Shown: positions 14,229 to 14,294 of the stretch, one piece after another
Position numbering within the stretch: position 1 is the first letter of the stretch
Layout: each line of letters begins with the position of its first letter
Source: Gemmatimonadota bacterium
Lineage (GTDB): Bacteria > Gemmatimonadota > Gemmatimonadetes > Palauibacterales > Palauibacteraceae
DNA length: 14,294 nucleotides
Direction: 5' to 3'
NCBI GenBank assembly: GCA_046758745.1
Contig: JBHIAV010000060.1
Span: forward strand, 1 to 14,294
Notes under the pieces: model-generated
What the model was told of the DNA's origin: nothing
Databases searched by the model: none
What the model saw: only the letters and a program-made list of their open reading frames with translations
Translations under genes and position numbers: made by a program

Positions 14229-14294
14229 TCAGGAGTCCGCGACGTAACGGCCCGGTTCCTTCTCAAACCGCCTCCGACAGGCCATCGTGCAAAA
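14229..14294 (-). CDS. 3' end of a YHS-domain protein (partial; runs off the window)
   Basis: Hand translation FCTMACRRRFEKEPGRYVADS** matches the YHS C-terminal motif FCSxxCxxxFxxxPxxY. Ends TGA TAG. Confidence 0.85.
   Translation of the reverse strand, partial: FCTMACRRRFEKEPGRYVADS

Noticed and set aside
1-14294. CRISPR array, tRNA/rRNA, transposase or integrase
   Set aside because: No spaced repeats, RNA-gene signatures or recombinase motifs were seen. Mobility of the island is not demonstrated within this window.

Overview
A GC-rich bacterial copper/heavy-metal island flanked by decaying genes; Gemmatimonadota-like, though the taxon is only my impression. Two minus-strand operons lie divergent from an OmpR/CusR-type two-component system (10773-12921, +). 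Operon A (10553->6881) encodes an orphan cytochrome b with no Rieske or cyt c1 partner and PEWY changed to PFWP. It continues with a secreted Ig-like, C-terminally anchored protein with a probable N-terminal His, an intergenic (GA)n microsatellite, a lipoprotein built from four HxxH repeats, and an outer-membrane beta-barrel. Operon B (6530->415) is TolC-CusB-CusA-PII-like, translationally coupled through cusA. Its CusA keeps the Cu(I) methionine triad but has Pro and Val at the proton-relay positions of E. coli D405 and K984. Both operons have the same 11-bp-period YTAAGAT boxes 12 nt upstream of a -10-like hexamer, which suggests one regulon. The left flank has a frameshifted hisE remnant. 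The right flank has a SHOCT gene with an internal TAG, a multiply disrupted PD-(D/E)XK-like gene, a degenerate HMA protein and the 3' end of a YHS gene. Best candidate for an undescribed system: the cyt b/His1-Ig/4xHxxH/porin module co-regulated with an apparently uncoupled CusCBA-PII pump.
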